This document shows, in pieces, positions 1 through 12,233 of a stretch of DNA of 64,000 bases. Below the pieces are notes generated by a model, which saw nothing but the letters and a program-made list of their open reading frames with translations, was not told the DNA's origin and searched no databases. The number at the start of each line of letters is the position of its first letter. Positions within the stretch are counted from its first letter, which is position 1. Both the position numbers and the translations under genes were made by a program. Source of the stretch: Vicugna vicugna (Eukaryota); NCBI GenBank assembly GCA_013265495.1, contig MU058252.1, positions 964,244 to 1,028,243 of the forward strand, read 5' to 3'.

Positions 1-560
1 AGGTGCAAATGTGGGTTTAGGGTTACTGATTCTCTGTGAGTCTTTGTGGAGATTACTGAAGGACAGGGGATGGAGTTAGCAGCCCAGGACTGGGGTACTA
101 CTTCAGGACCAGGTGGAAAGAGGAATTCTTATTAAGGCAGAAGAGAGATCGCACTGACTTTTGGAAAGCGTGGTGGGCTTTGCATGGGGGACTCCAGGTT
201 TACTAATGACTGGGATTATCAAGAGTTGTCTGGGGAAGAGTTCCGAGAAGGAGGGCATGAGACCCAGTAGAGAAATCTGTCTCTACTCAGAACTGTTTCA
301 ACCAGAGTTGTGTCTAAAACTATGTCAGTGAAGACCCCATTTTTTCAGGGCCAGGGCTGTGTGTGGCTAGCCAACTTGGGGATTTGATGGTTTGAAATGT
401 GAAAAAGACATATGTTAAGATCCCCAGAGAGAAATTCCTGTTTGGTCTTAAAACCAAGGACAGTTGTCTTTCTCCTGAACTCTTGGGTTTGTTCCTTGTG
501 GGCACTGGAACTGACCCTTGAGTCTTCTTCACAGATGGCCAGAACACAGAGCATCAAAGC
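1..560 (-). pseudogene. Pseudo-exon remnant, PTS-rich
   Basis: Frames read PSVKKTQGSVPVPTRNKPKSS..., LIIPVISKPGVPHAKPTTLSKS and PEVVPQSWAANSIPCPSVISTKTHRESVT, joined by frameshifts. Boundaries unclear. Confidence 0.4.
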
Positions 561-589
561 TATAAGCCACCCACGCATGTGGTGTCCAC

Positions 590-965
590 ATGTATTCTTT
601 GTCTTCTTTTTGGGGAATTGCCTCCCACACTGGTGGAAGCTGACCCTCTGAGTCAGTGCTCTGGCCCCTGCCCACCAGCTCAGCCAATCATAACCACCCT
701 GTCCCGGGAGTGGTCCTGGGCAGCCAATCAGAGCCCTTCCCTGGGATTCTCATGTGCTGAACACAAGGCTGGAAGGCTTCCTCCTGAGCTTGGGGGACAG
801 TAGCCTGAGAGACTGGGCACAGCACCCGGAGAGAAGCAGGGATGGGGAGAACATAGATGCTTGGTCCCCATTGTCCCTAAGACCAGTCCCCCCCCCTTCC
901 CGTGTCTTATCTTAAGGTACAGTTGGATATCTGTCTCTTGCAAGGCAAGAGTCCTCACTGATAAA
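590..965 (+). mobile_element. MLT1 (J/K-like) ERVL-MaLR LTR fragment
   Basis: Paired CAGCCAATCA motifs and an MLT1-type end (tctgtctcttgcaaggcaagagtcctcactgata). Confidence 0.55.
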
Positions 966-1188
966 CTCACTTTTAATTAACTTAATCTTGTTGTATCTTT
1001 TTTCCCCCTGTATTCTTTCTAGAACAAGGTCAAGAGGGGAAAAAGGGTGCAGGAAGGGAGGAGAGAAGCAAAGGAACAGTATGTAGGCAGCATTTGTCAT
1101 TATCTCAGTATCTGTTACTTAACTGTCAGAGTCTGACCTCCCTGCCCCTCGGCCACCCCTGACTTGTTCTTCGTTCTGGTCAGGTCAC

Positions 1189-1530
1189 CTTGGCCCTCAT
1201 GACCAGGGACCTCCGAGGGCCTGGAGCCCTAGGGTGTATGTCCCCAAGCCCACCCTGCGCATCTGCAGGAATGGGAGGCTCAGGGTTGTCACATTCCAAA
1301 CAGTGCCTGTGGGCTGCCAGGACCAGTTCAGAGGCTCAGGTCAAGCAGAGGCGCTGGGCATTCTTGTTCCTCTGGGGATGCAGGTGAGTGTCCCTGGTGG
1401 GTGTTTATGGGACTGGAGCGCGTAAATCTTCTATAAGAAAAGAATGTTTCCCTTTGTAACTGGAGAAAGCCTGATTAAGGTTTACTAATGACTGGGATTA
1501 TCAGTGTCCATTAGTAATTTTTCAAGTTAC
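1189..1530 (-). pseudogene. Pseudo-exon
   Basis: Strong acceptor ctccttttttcttgctcag at 1531; weak donor GTGACC at 1188; contains stops. Confidence 0.35.
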
Positions 1531-1600
1531 CTGAGCAAGAAAAAAGGAGTGATTACGGAAGCTTGGAGCCAGCATCATCAAATGTGTGCTGGCCACTTAC

Positions 1601-1672
1601 TTTGACAGGCATGATTCAGTGCTCTTTATTTTTGGTGAAACTCCTGTGGCTCTGTAACCAGATACCTCCAGG
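1601..1672 (-). pseudogene. Pseudo-exon (72 nt)
   Basis: cccccag| ... |gtaagt; open in phase 2 (LEVSGYRATGVSPKIKSTESCLS). Confidence 0.45.
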
Positions 1673-1798
1673 CTGGGGGATGAACTAAGTAATGAGGGGA
1701 AAACAAGATTGCTGGGTTGATATAAATGGTAGATTGCTGGCGCAGAGAATTACTAAGATCTGATGTAAAAGAGCCACTTTCTTCTGGTTTAGTCTTAC

Positions 1799-1833
1799 CA
1801 CATCCTCATTTTTTTTGACCCTAGTATCTCTTT
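1799..1833 (-). pseudogene. Small pseudo-exon (35 nt)
   Basis: aacag| ... |gtaaga; would link phase 1 to phase 2 if the A8 run gained one base. Confidence 0.3.
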
Positions 1834-2100
1834 CTGTTTTTAAATTCAGAGTCACAAAATGGCTGGTCCTAGGGCTACGTGAAATAGCAAAATACTTCTG
1901 CCACTATTCTGCTCTCTTGAGAGGAAGTAACAGATGCAGATAATGGTATTATAATAGTGCACTGGGAAGAGCTGCAATTATTCTAATGATTGTCTCAACA
2001 CTCAAAATATTTTGGAACTATTTTTAAAATTAATTTAGAGCCAGTTTGTGAGACACAAAAAGCAAACAAACAAAAAAAATCTCAGTGTCAATAAACTTAC

Positions 2101-2232
2101 AATGGCGTATTTGTGAAAGTGCCAAGCGAAATCCTTGGCACAGAAGAGGCACATGAAGGACCCCGTGGACATTTCTGTGCAGGTCACAGTGAAGTTCCTT
2201 TATCCTGGTCTCCGCCCACATCTCACCAGCCT
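2101..2232 (-). pseudogene. Pseudo-exon (132 nt, phase 1-1), possible EGF-like remnant
   Basis: ttcag| ... |gtaagt; open; frames give LHCDLHRNVHG and TCTEMSTGSFMCLFC. Confidence 0.5.
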
Positions 2233-2602
2233 CTGAATTTTGCTCTCACTGACCCTTATTAATGAAAAATGGGATCTGTTTCAGGCTTAACCACTAGCAT
2301 CCTGGAGATCACTCAGTTCGTCGCTCCCTCCCTTATGGTGCAAAGAAATGGCCGACTTCAAAGGCTCCCATTTCCTCCCATGTCTGTGTCCATTGGGATC
2401 CTTGGGAGGTAGATGCCAGGGTGGGATTCAACATGAGAGAGAGTCCATGGTGGGGATGCCTGTGAAGGATGAAGGGGAATGAGCAGGGGTTGCCAGGGGG
2501 AGCCTCGGACCAGGTCCAGGACTGATACCCGTGGACGGAGGGTGAGAAGGAAGGATTGGGTTGGAAAAGCCTCAGACCAGCACAGTTCTGAGAAAGGCTT
2601 AC

Positions 2603-2915
2603 CAGACCCATGGGGAGTCACCCAGCAAAGTCATCACAGGAAAAGCTCGAAGGCAGGAGGGGCTGCTGTGGAACCCCACGTATTCTGTCAGTGCGGGGAC
2701 AGCCCGGGGAAAGGGTGGCCTCGGTGCCGGGGCCCCCAGGGGGAGGTCCTAGAGCCATCAGTCAAAGGTGCCTCTGCTGTGGGTCCTTTGGAAGCAGAGC
2801 TGGGTGTCACCTCCATGGCCACCACATCCCCTCTTGTACCAACAAGCCCACCTCTCTGTGCGTGTCTGGGGAGCAGCTCCTCCGTGGGTCTTCGGGCTTC
2901 TCACCGTGAGGGGGG
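2603..2915 (-). pseudogene. Pseudo-exon, PTS-rich, frameshifted (313 nt)
   Basis: ctccctcctccaag| ... |gtaagc; reads MEVTPSSASKGPTAEAPLTDGSRTSP. Confidence 0.5.
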
Positions 2916-3073
2916 CTTGGAGGAGGGAGGCTGGGATGCCTGTAGCCCCTGTTGCCACAGCTGATCTTGGGCCACAGTGGGCTCTTCTCACCGGCCTTGT
3001 GACTATGTGGGTTGAATTGTGTCCCCAGAGAGGCACGTTGGAGCCCTGTCACGCAGCTCAGGCCCTCACTTAC

Positions 3074-3497
3074 GGGCCACACCTCTTATAAACTGCCTTC
3101 TTGGGCTTATTTTTATATCTAACCTTGCATAAGAGGATTTTAGGCGACTGCTGCTTCCTGTTGTTTGCCCAAAGGTCTGTTTGTCATATTTCTTCAAGAC
3201 TGACTTAACTTTTCTGGGCCCAGTGGTCACCGACCTTCCACCTCAGTCCACCAGCACAGTTTTGAGGAAGCGTGTGGTCAGTCAAGCACACAGCCGGCCT
3301 GCACGGAGGGCAGCCAGACGTCTGGGTGCAGACCTCGGACGAACCCCGCCACCTGGGGCCCAGCCGTGACCACCTCCGGGCTCTCGGTGGACAGCACTCT
3401 GCTGCAGTCGGTCGTGAGTCCCAGAGTCTCTCTGTCTTAAAGGCCTTGATGCTCCGTGATTTAACCAACCAGAGTGTCACACAGACTAAAGCTGAAG
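3074..3497 (-). pseudogene. Pseudo-exon, PTS-rich (424 nt)
   Basis: ctgactgtcttctcatag| ... |gtaagt; reads ETLGLTTDCSRVLSTESPEVVTAGP. Confidence 0.5.
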
Positions 3498-4253
3498 CTA
3501 TGAGAAGACAGTCAGCTGGGGATTTGAGCAGAGCCCCTAATTTAAACCCACCTGAACCTCAAACTCCCCAAGTCCTCTGGTAGCTCTCAGTAGGGAAAAA
3601 AAAAAAAAGATTCTAGGCCCTGCCGCATGAACGTGAATGCACAGAGAATGGGAGGACCATTCCAAGGGTAAATAGGGGACAGCGGGCCTCCAGCGCTGCA
3701 GCAGCCGAATTCATACCGTGAGCGTCAGTTTGAATCAAGGCAGAGAGTGGCTCGTCTCCCGTCAAGGCTGGAGAACGAGCACGTTCTCACGACACAGCGC
3801 GGTCTGGCAGGGCCGGGGGTGCTCTCCTGGGCCTGATGGCTGCACGGTGCCTCCCGAGGACTCACCCTGACCTGTGATGTGAGCTGAGTGAGTAGGAATA
3901 ATCCTCGTCCCAGGATCCCGGGTGTCTGGACTTGGGGGAGCTCAGAGGCCCTCTGCCTTAATCACCCCTTTCAATGACGGAGACTCTGAGCCACCCTGGG
4001 CCCCTCTCCTCACAACAGGTGGGTCCTGGGTTGGAGTCACCCCCCCACCCCCCCACACCAGGGGCTGCACCTGCCTCGGCTCCCTCATCCGGACAGTTGG
4101 CCTCCGCCCCACCTGCCGCTTTATTCTGAGACTTGAAGGAGGATGTGTATGTGACAGCCGTTCGTAAACCGTGAAGCCCTCTCTAAATATGAGGGTTTTA
4201 TTATCACCGCAAGGTCCCACGGATCAGAGCAGCCTGTGCCCCAAAGTACCCAC

Positions 4254-4508
4254 ATTCCTCCATGGAGGACGTCACAGTTTGCTTTGTGGTGCCTGCTGGG
4301 AGGTCGAGTTGGGCAGCAGTGAAGTCCCACGAGCTGATGGCGTGGGAGCAGGTAGGGGGCTCAGCCCGGGGCACCTGGGTCCCCTGTGACCCTCTGATCA
4401 CAGAATCTGCAGTAGATGTCATCACAGCCGTCGAATGGTGCCAGGCCAGCTTCTCCCTGTATGTTTCTGGGGCTCCTGACGAGAGACTGGCCTCCACTCC
4501 AGGCAGAC
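4254..4508 (-). pseudogene. Pseudo-exon (255 nt, phase 1-1, still open)
   Basis: gtccag| ... |gtgggt; LPGVEASLSSGAPET...STAVMTSTADS...AGTTKQTVTSSMEE with no stop. Confidence 0.55.
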
Positions 4509-4863
4509 CTGGACGTTTGCTGGCAGGGCCCCGACAGCTGACCCCTGCCTCGTCCCTACCCTTTGGTAAAGGGTGGTGGTGCCCCTTTCCCACGTTGCCC
4601 CCCACCCTTCTCGATTTCACCGTGAGTGGGCTTTGAGGGCAGAGAGTGGAAACACCCAGGCTCTCCAGGGCTGTTACCAGTGACTGTTACCTCCCATCAC
4701 AGGGGAAGCTGTGTCTTAAAGGACTCCTAAAGCATACTGTTTTCTGAAACACAGAGACAAAAGTCACAGTTTGGCTGGACGAAGTACGCCTCTAGAGTCA
4801 AGAGTGCCGTCCTCAGATAGGCAAACCCCCTCAACCTCGGGGCGACCAGAGTTAAGAACGCAC

Positions 4864-5147
4864 GGCTCCCTGTGGGGGCTCCGGTCCTGCGCACGCTGGG
4901 CTGTCCAGTCGTGTTCCTCCTCCTTCTCTTAAGGGCTCTGTTATATGTGTGCTTTTATTGTACGTGGTCCTGGAGATGTTTTTCCTTGAAGTAGAAGAGG
5001 TACAAGCCATGCATTTTGTTTCTAACTCTGCAGTGAAGACCAGCACCCCAGTGTTTAAGACGGGGAGGACTGTAGAGGAGGAAACACAGGCGTCCCTGGA
5101 TTTATTGTCTGGAACCCAGCCCACCATACCGCCGAGGTCTGCCTGTC
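4864..5147 (-). pseudogene. Pseudo-exon (284 nt)
   Basis: cctgtctccccag| ... |gtgcgt; open from phase 1 and S/T-rich (VSSSTVLPV...CTSSTSRKNISRTTYNKSTHITEP). Confidence 0.5.
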
Positions 5148-6269
5148 CTGGGGAGACAGGCTGATGTTTGCACCTTGCTTTTGCCATCTCCTTGGTTTTG
5201 CTGATCTCAGAGCTTCTACCAAGACAGATGCTCATGAAGTAGTTAATTTTTCAGCCAGAGGCCATTATTGGCCGAATAATTTCCCTGTGGCCAGTGTGTA
5301 CTGTGTTCTCTGAAGGACACGAAGAAGGAAGCACAGGCCCCACCCCACAAAGAGGAGATAAAATGGGCTCTTTGGCTAGAATACAGCCAGCCCCTCATGA
5401 ATCAGTAATTACAACAGGAGTTGACACTTGTCGGGGGCCGACGAGGGGACGGCCGTGCTCAATGCCTGCAGCTCAGCCCTCACCTTTACCACGCTCCTTG
5501 GTGGTAGGTTATGGTCACAGACAAAGAAATGGAGACTGTAGGAGATTCAGTAACACAGCAACGAGGGGCAGAGCCAGGACTTCAGCGGGGTCTGCTGACC
5601 CCAAAGCAGGCGCCCAGTGGAGCTGCAGGGAGAAGGGCGCCAGGCTGAGTGGGCTTACTTTGAATTCCTGACCACAAGCTTAAGAGGCCCTGAAAGGTAC
5701 AGCCTGGGACCACAGGACCTTCTCCCACTCAGCTGGGGAAGCGTGTCAGGCTCTCGCCACCTCCCTCCACCTTCAGCACTCTCTCCTCCCTCCCTCTGCA
5801 TGACCACCTCTCACCTGTTTCTCTGACAAAGGGACCATCAGAAGGGAATTCCCACCAGGCTCACCCTTCCCAGGGTCCCTTGTGCAGTGATGCCCACACT
5901 GCTGTCTCACCCATCGACAGAGGGAGACCCTACACGCGCCCCATCAAAGACACTCCTCCTTTTCACCAGATCTCCCTTCACCCCACCCCCAGAGATTGTT
6001 CCCCGCTCTTTCTGCTCCATCAGCGTTTCTCCCCTGCAGTGCTTCTCAGTCTTGGCTCCAGGTTGAAATCACCTGACAAGTTTAAAAAAAAAAAAAGAAC
6101 AAGGGGCCCCCAAGATCCTGGCTTCCCTGGCCTGGTTTCTCCCCAGACACCCAGAGACCTGCAGCTGCGGGGAGTCTGACTGTGCAGTGCCCTGAGCACA
6201 CTTTCAGGGCCGCTCCCACCTGCGCACCGGCAGCTGCTCTTCCCCACTGCAACCCCTCCAGCTGCCGGC

Positions 6270-7640
6270 TTCCCTGCTCCCCTTTCCAACCAGACTCCTT
6301 CAAGGAGCTGTCTAGCATAGTGTCTCTCCTTTATCCCTAGATTTCCCTCTTCCAACTCTCCTCCATTTGGCCTCTGAGGCGACATTGCTCTAAAGCGCGT
6401 GCTGCTGCGTGGCTGGACCCTGGGTGGGTTCCCAGCCTCATCTTATGCATCTTCCAGCAGCACTGATCTTCCATCTCTCCCTCTTCCTCGAAACGCTTCC
6501 TCCACCTGCTGACATCACGCTGTGGCTTCCCTTCTACCTCGCTGGCCATTATTTCCAGTCTCCGCTACTGGTTCCTCCTGATCCACTCACACTGATGGCC
6601 CAGGGCTCCGTCCTGGGATCTCTTCTCACTCCTTTGTGTGTTCCTCCAGTCTTGTGGCTTCAGAAATCACTTGTTCCCTAATGAGACCTCAGATGAGGCC
6701 TCTGGGCTGGACCTGTTTCCGTGCGCTCCAGACTCATGGATCCGAATGCCTACTTGACATCTCCTCTGGGGTGGCTCAGAGACGCAGGTCTCCAACTGAA
6801 CACATCCCCCTGCTGAAGTCCTGCCCGTCCACCCCCTTCCAGAGCTGCTCTTCCCCACAGTCTTCCTTCTCCCCACAGCCTTGCCAGCCTGCCTGTTCCT
6901 CCAGCCAGAAACCAAGCTGCCATAGCCTGTTTTCCTCCCACACATTTCCAACCCGTCAGCATATCCAGGTGGTCCTCTTGTCAGAGCACAGCCAGAACTC
7001 CATTCTCACCACCTCCTCAGTGCCAGTCTGCTCCAAATCAGATCATCTGTCACCTGGTAACTGGTTTCTACTTCCACCCCAAGCCCCATGGTCTGCTCTC
7101 AAAACCACAGTTCCGATGATCCTCTACCAAAAACGCCCAAAGGCTCTGATCTCACTCATGTGAAAGCCCACGTCCCTGCCATGACCTTCAAGGCCTCCAC
7201 TGCTCTCTGGTCTCGTCTCCCGCCACTTATCTTCTCCTTGCCCTGCTCCAGTCAGCTGTGCTCCCAGCTGTTGCTCCAACATGCCAGGTGACTTCCTACC
7301 TCAGGGCCTTTGCACTGGCTACCCCCTGCCTGCAGGGTCCTTTTCCCTGATATCCCACTGATCTACTTTCCCCTTTCCTCCAGCTCACCATGCAAGTGCA
7401 CTCAGCAAGTGCTTCCCAGGCCACCCTTGAACACTGAAACTCCCTTTCCCAGCACTCCCTACCTCCCTTCTTTGTTCACTTTTCTCCTTGGCACATGTCA
7501 CCTCCTCATACACTGCATAATTTACTTATAGATTGTGTCTGCTGTATGCAAACAGATGTTTGTTTTTTTCAGTGTACAGAACCTAGTTCAGTGCCCGGCA
7601 CTCTGTAGATGGTCAATAAATGTTTGTTGAATGAATGAAT
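6270..7640 (+). mobile_element. LINE-2 3' portion
   Basis: C/T-rich L2 body ending in the canonical caataaatgtttgttgaatgaatgaat tail. Confidence 0.8.
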
Positions 7641-7781
7641 GTGATTCAAACTAAGAGCAATGGGGGATCAGGGAGGGAGGAAGAAGGCCTGCATTTGGTT
7701 CCACAAGTATTATTATTAATTTTTGGTCCTGGGAATGTTTCATGAAGACTGGAGTTGAGCCTTGAAGGAAGGGTAAAATTT

Positions 7782-7828
7782 AATAATAATAATAATAATA
7801 ATAACAATAACAACAACAATAATAATAA
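7782..7828. repeat. (AAT)n/(AAC)n microsatellite
   Basis: Directly visible. Confidence 0.95.
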
Positions 7829-8126
7829 GGTTGGGATAAACTAGAAGACTTGTGAAATCTTAGGAACTATTTCTTCAGAGCTCTACTCTCGGGTAGAATG
7901 AGGACAAACCCCAGAGGAGGCAAACCTGAGGTAGGGTCAGGAATTTGGGATGTGAAGCAGGAATATCAGTGACTGGGATTTGCAACTGAGCCCCTGGGCA
8001 GGGGCACAGGCTCCTGGGATGTCTGGGCACTGCAACTAATTGTTAGGCCCTTGTCATAGGCCAGCTATGGTAGCGGGCTCTCTCCCATTTCTTCCCTTGG
8101 CCCCAGCTGAGAAGATAGTGACTTAC

Positions 8127-8180
8127 ACTGAGGGTTCTGACTTCTCCTAGCCTGAAGGGGTACCTGTCTTGAAGGGCAGT
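8127..8180 (-). pseudogene. Pseudo-exon (54 nt, phase 1-1, open)
   Basis: tttttttccttcccctacaaaag| CPSRQVPLQARRSQNPQ |gtaagt. Confidence 0.5.
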
Positions 8181-8709
8181 CTTTTGTAGGGGAAGGAAAA
8201 AAAGACGTGTGGGTCAAGTCCCATTCCCAGTGGCACTGTGGTCATTATGCATCACCATGACAACCACTCGGTTTCAGGCTAAGCTGAGTTTAAGTCTATC
8301 AGATTCAGACATGCTGTGTGCACTTTTGAACTTCAGCCTGAAGTGTTGCAATGGCGTGTTTTGGTGTCAGCATCCTAAGTAGAAAGCCACAGCGCCCCCT
8401 TCAGGAAATGGAGAGCACAGGGGCGTGTCCACACCTCTGCTCTAGAAATCCCAGAGGCAGCTTGGATTGCTTCGCTCCATCCCTCACTTCCACCCCTCCT
8501 GCCTGTTCTCCCTACCCCCTCACATCCACACCACTTGCTTTTGCCAAATTTGCTTGCTCATAATTCTCTAAACGCAGTGGGGAGGAGAACAGTGTGTAGG
8601 CAAAGAAACAGGAATGAAACAGCATGGAATGTTCTGGAAACTGCAATAAGTTCACTTTGAACTGGAGCACATGGAGACATCAGGGACCAGGCTGCAAAAG
8701 AAGGACTTT

Positions 8710-8895
8710 GGGGTCTTGCAGACTGCTGACCCAACTCTCCTGCTCACTTTTGGGCAAGCTCCTAGACCACCTAAGCTCGCTTTCCTCGTCTGTAAATAGA
8801 GGCAGTAATACTGCCCTGCACAACCGTGCTGGGAACTGAGTGAGGTGGCGGATGTCCAGGGGCCTAGCACGGAAGCAGCCCAGTGCTCCAAACAC
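8710..8895 (+). mobile_element. MIR SINE
   Basis: MIR core (ttgggcaag...tttcctcgtctgtaaata). Confidence 0.6.
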
Positions 8896-9009
8896 TGTGG
8901 AGGTGGGGAGGCAGGAAGGGGGCTTCTGTGCTCCATACCGAGGTTGGGTTTTGTCTGGTGGTTGGTGAGGAGTTGAAGAGAGATTCGAAGCTGGGGAAGA
9001 GTTGGTGCT

Positions 9010-9120
9010 GCTATTAATCCCGTTTTACAGGTGGCAAAAGTAGGACACAGAGAGGTTAAGTAACTTGCTCGAGGTCACCCAGTTAGTAGGAGGCAGAGCT
9101 GGAATTAAACCCAAGCTCTT
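9010..9120 (-). mobile_element. MIR SINE
   Basis: cccgttttacagg...gaggttaagtaacttgctcgaggtcac. Confidence 0.75.
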
Positions 9121-9126
9121 ATCCAC

Positions 9127-9273
9127 TGTTGTGGTTATTCTTCCTCCAGCTGAACAGAGAGGTAGAGGAAAGGCCTGGGAGACAAAGACAATGTCAGGGA
9201 CCGGAGAAAAGAACTGATTGATACCCAGAGAAAAACTGGACTTGGCTTTGCTTCCAGCATAGCAGACTGACTG
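9127..9273 (-). pseudogene. Possible pseudo-exon (147 nt, phase 1-1)
   Basis: gttcttttctcag|; one stop; weak donor GTGGAT. Confidence 0.3.
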
Positions 9274-10100
9274 CTGAGAAAAGAACTTAAGTGATCAGCA
9301 CATTCATCAGCACTTCTGGACAAGGCTGGCCCTGTCCACTCATTGCAAAGCCCGGCACCTCTTCCTGGGCCAAGCGCTTTGTGAAGAGGCCTGTCCAAAG
9401 CCCAGCTGTGCGCCAGGCCGACCGGCAGGCCACAGAGCTTGGAGGAGGGGGACCGTCCCAGGCCTCTGATCAGAGAAGCAGGCAGCTCTGGAAAGGAGCG
9501 GGCCTGGCATCGGGACTCAAGACTGCTGACTCACACACATCCAGCAGAGAAGTGTGCACAGAGAGATGACCGTGGAGGTCAGGGACCCGGGCTGGAGGGC
9601 GGGGGTCCCCAGCAGCCACACAGACAGTGGTGACCAGCTTATGGCCCTGCACTAGTTTAAGCCAGAGAATTTAATACAGAGCGTCACACCCAGCACAGTC
9701 CCCACAGAGCCACACAGCCGGAAGGCCCACGAAGCCCACCCTAGCTGCTGCTTCCTTTAGGGCTGGGCTCCAAATGCAGGAGGGGTGATTGGAGGTGATC
9801 CTGCCAAGAGCCCCCAAACCAGGCCATCTGACTGTAGCTCAGCCGTCTGAGGAGTGGAGCCAAGGAGTCCATGCAGCTTCTTCCAGGGACACCCCAGGAA
9901 GCAGAGAAACAGGGTGAGAAACACTCTGGCCTCCACAGGCCTCCAGCCTCTACTCCACCTCCATTGCCTCCACTGGCCAGGCCAGTGCAGAGCTGGGACT
10001 CAAGAGGGCCTGGGGAATGTCGTCCCTACAACTCAGAAGCACAGGGACAGCAAGACGGGTGGGAGTAAGTGGGGACTGAGGGGCACAGCATTAATCCCAC

Positions 10101-10303
10101 CTGGAGGAGTCCTGGGTTATGCAGAATCATCTAACTTCAGATACACTGTCCTGTTGTCCCCATAAAATGTTGAAATTTCCTGGAAGTTTAAATATCAGCC
10201 CTTCTCATGCAGCAGTATCAGCTCTGTCTTCCCAACGCACAGCATTTTATGTTCCACTTGCTTGGTGAGACCTGACCCCAAAGTGTGGCTACAGAGTCTT
10301 CAT
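10101..10303 (-). pseudogene. Pseudo-exon (203 nt)
   Basis: tttttctcag| DEDSVATLWGQVSP / VGKTELILLHEKG*YLNFQEISTFYGDNRTVYLKLDD |gtggga; phase 1 at both ends with one frameshift. Confidence 0.55.
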
Positions 10304-10973
10304 CTGAGAAAAATCCAGCATTCTTCCCTGATATTAAAAAAAAAAAATCCATAGTGAAATAGTCATCAAATGTTATTTCTTTAACATAATAAAAAAAATA
10401 CCTAACAAAATCACTGAAACAAGAGAAGCATTCTCATTCAATTCTGAATGGACCAAGAATGACAAATATTGAAAAGGAGACAAGAATTTGTTTGATAATA
10501 TAATCACCTACCTAGAAAACAAATTAAAATCGACTGAAAAAATGCTTAGAACTAGTAAGGTAATGCCACAAAGTGACTGTCTGGAAAATAAATACTCAAG
10601 ACTTAATGCTTTTCTCATGTAACAGTGACCAGCTGGGAAATGAAAGGGAAGAAAGATGCGACTTGCAAACAATCAATGTGCAGCTGCTGCATAAAGGAGC
10701 TGACAAAACCTCAGCACAAGACTTGAGGAAAACACGAAAATAATCATGTCGGGTGATGGTTGTGAGGCTTTCAATCATGGACGAGTATTTACATAATTCG
10801 TGTAGCACTGTGGTTGGGAAGGTCGCCCTGGCTGCTGTCACTGAACGACATGCACAGGCTAACACTGCTTCTCCCGTTCTGTCCAAAGCGGGTTGTGGGA
10901 CTGGGAAGGAAGGAGAGCGCAGGAAACCTGTGGGTCCCAGGAAGATGAAAGAGACATCCCGGCGGGAACTCAC

Positions 10974-11102
10974 GCCCTCTCTTCCATTAAAATTAACCTG
11001 CGGAAGGACCACTGAAAGTCGTCATCAGCTCCGCGTGAACAGCATCTCTGCCTCCTGGAAGGGTCTGCGTTTTAATAAGCCTGCACCTGCACTGTGGGGA
11101 GT
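10974..11102 (-). pseudogene. Pseudo-exon (129 nt, phase 1-1)
   Basis: cctttacag| ... |gtgagt; two stops near the end. Confidence 0.5.
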
Positions 11103-11312
11103 CTGTAAAGGATACGGAGCACTTTGCGGGGTAGGGTCTCTGCCCCAGCCCCACGGTGCCATCTTGCCTGCTTTGCTGTAGTGTTTCAAAGACTGTCTCC
11201 CAGAGATGTTCCCGAGGCAGATACTGCAAATACTACCGCCGATAGTATTCTAAGTATTACAATACTACCGCAAGTATCAGCATTTTCAGAAAGAATTCTA
11301 AAAACACATTTC

Positions 11313-11582
11313 CTGTAAATTGCCTCTAATGTTTCAGGTCTGCTCCAGGGAAACCTGCTCTGAAAGCTTTGAGCAATGAACCGCCATCGTTTAGATAACT
11401 GTCAAGTGCCTTGCTAATGTGAACTCGCTGGTCTCCACATTTAGCGCTTGAAAGACTGTGGTGCCAGATCCTTCCCTCTTTCAACAATCGTTGAATATCC
11501 AACCCTGGGAATTGGATCAGTTCGAGAAGTAGGGCATCTTAACCTTTAACGCCCACAGAGATATGCCCCATGGAGGCAAAGC
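11313..11582 (-). pseudogene. Pseudo-exon (270 nt, phase 1-1), possible Ig-like remnant
   Basis: tttttttccctgattcttag| GFASMGHISVGVKG*DALLLELIQF...QRVHISKALDSYLNDGGSLLK...; 2 stops in 90 codons; donor appears mutated (ACAG|gaaatg). Confidence 0.55.
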
Positions 11583-11932
11583 CTAAGAATCAGGGAAAAA
11601 AACAATTTGAAGTAGTTGCTGTCTAGAGAAAGTTGGGAGCAGACAGATTTAAAAAATTTCTTTGTTCAATTTTTAAGTCTTTATACTATTTGACTTTTTA
11701 ACTGATTGGAAACTTTATTTGCCTATAATTACGGTAAAAATAAAAGCTGAATAAAACCCCCCCAGGGCCTCATTTCCCACTTGCGGCCTCCCACCTCCCA
11801 GTTTGGGGTTGCTTTTTGGTCACCGCCACCAGCAGCAGCCCCAGCTCAGCGCTTCCCGCCTCCCCTTCTGACAGGACATTCTTCCTGCCCTGGTCCTCCA
11901 TGCCGGAACTTCTATATCCAAATGTGGATTTC

Positions 11933-12225
11933 TTTTTTTTTTTTAATTTCAGCTTTATTGAGACATAGTTGACAAATGAAATTGTAAGATAATAAAAATG
12001 TACATCATGATTACTTGATATACATGTACATTGTGAAAGGATTCCCTCATTTGGTTAATTAATACACAGTCCGTCGCCTCATGTTTATCGTGTGTGTGAA
12101 AACTTTCAGCTTCTGCTCTCTTAGCAAATTTCAGTTATGCAATCCAGCGTTGTTGACAATAGTCATCCTGTTTTGCACTAGCTCCTCAGACCTTATTCAT
12201 CTTACAGCTGGAAGTGTATGCCCTT
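11933..12225 (-). mobile_element. L1 3' end (L1MA-like)
   Basis: Poly-T followed by cagctttattgagacatagttgaca, an antisense L1 3' UTR. Confidence 0.75.
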
Positions 12226-12233
12226 GAACTTAC

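Noticed and set aside
345..578. ORF starting MRGWLIALMLCVLAIC as a small secreted protein
   Set aside because: It starts at the edge of an MLT1 LTR with no promoter or family similarity, and is better explained as an off-frame read of a pseudo-exon.
1184..1383. + strand exon (cag|...|gtgagt)
   Set aside because: Isolated, with no recognisable product and no partner exons found. It also shows that single splice-site pairs arise by chance.
3866..3883. 18-nt phase 1-1 micro-exon (also 42864-42912 and ~28280-28379)
   Set aside because: Plausible additional exons of the pseudogene, but too short or weak to support.
6636..7163. 175-aa ORF
   Set aside because: Lies wholly within a LINE-2.
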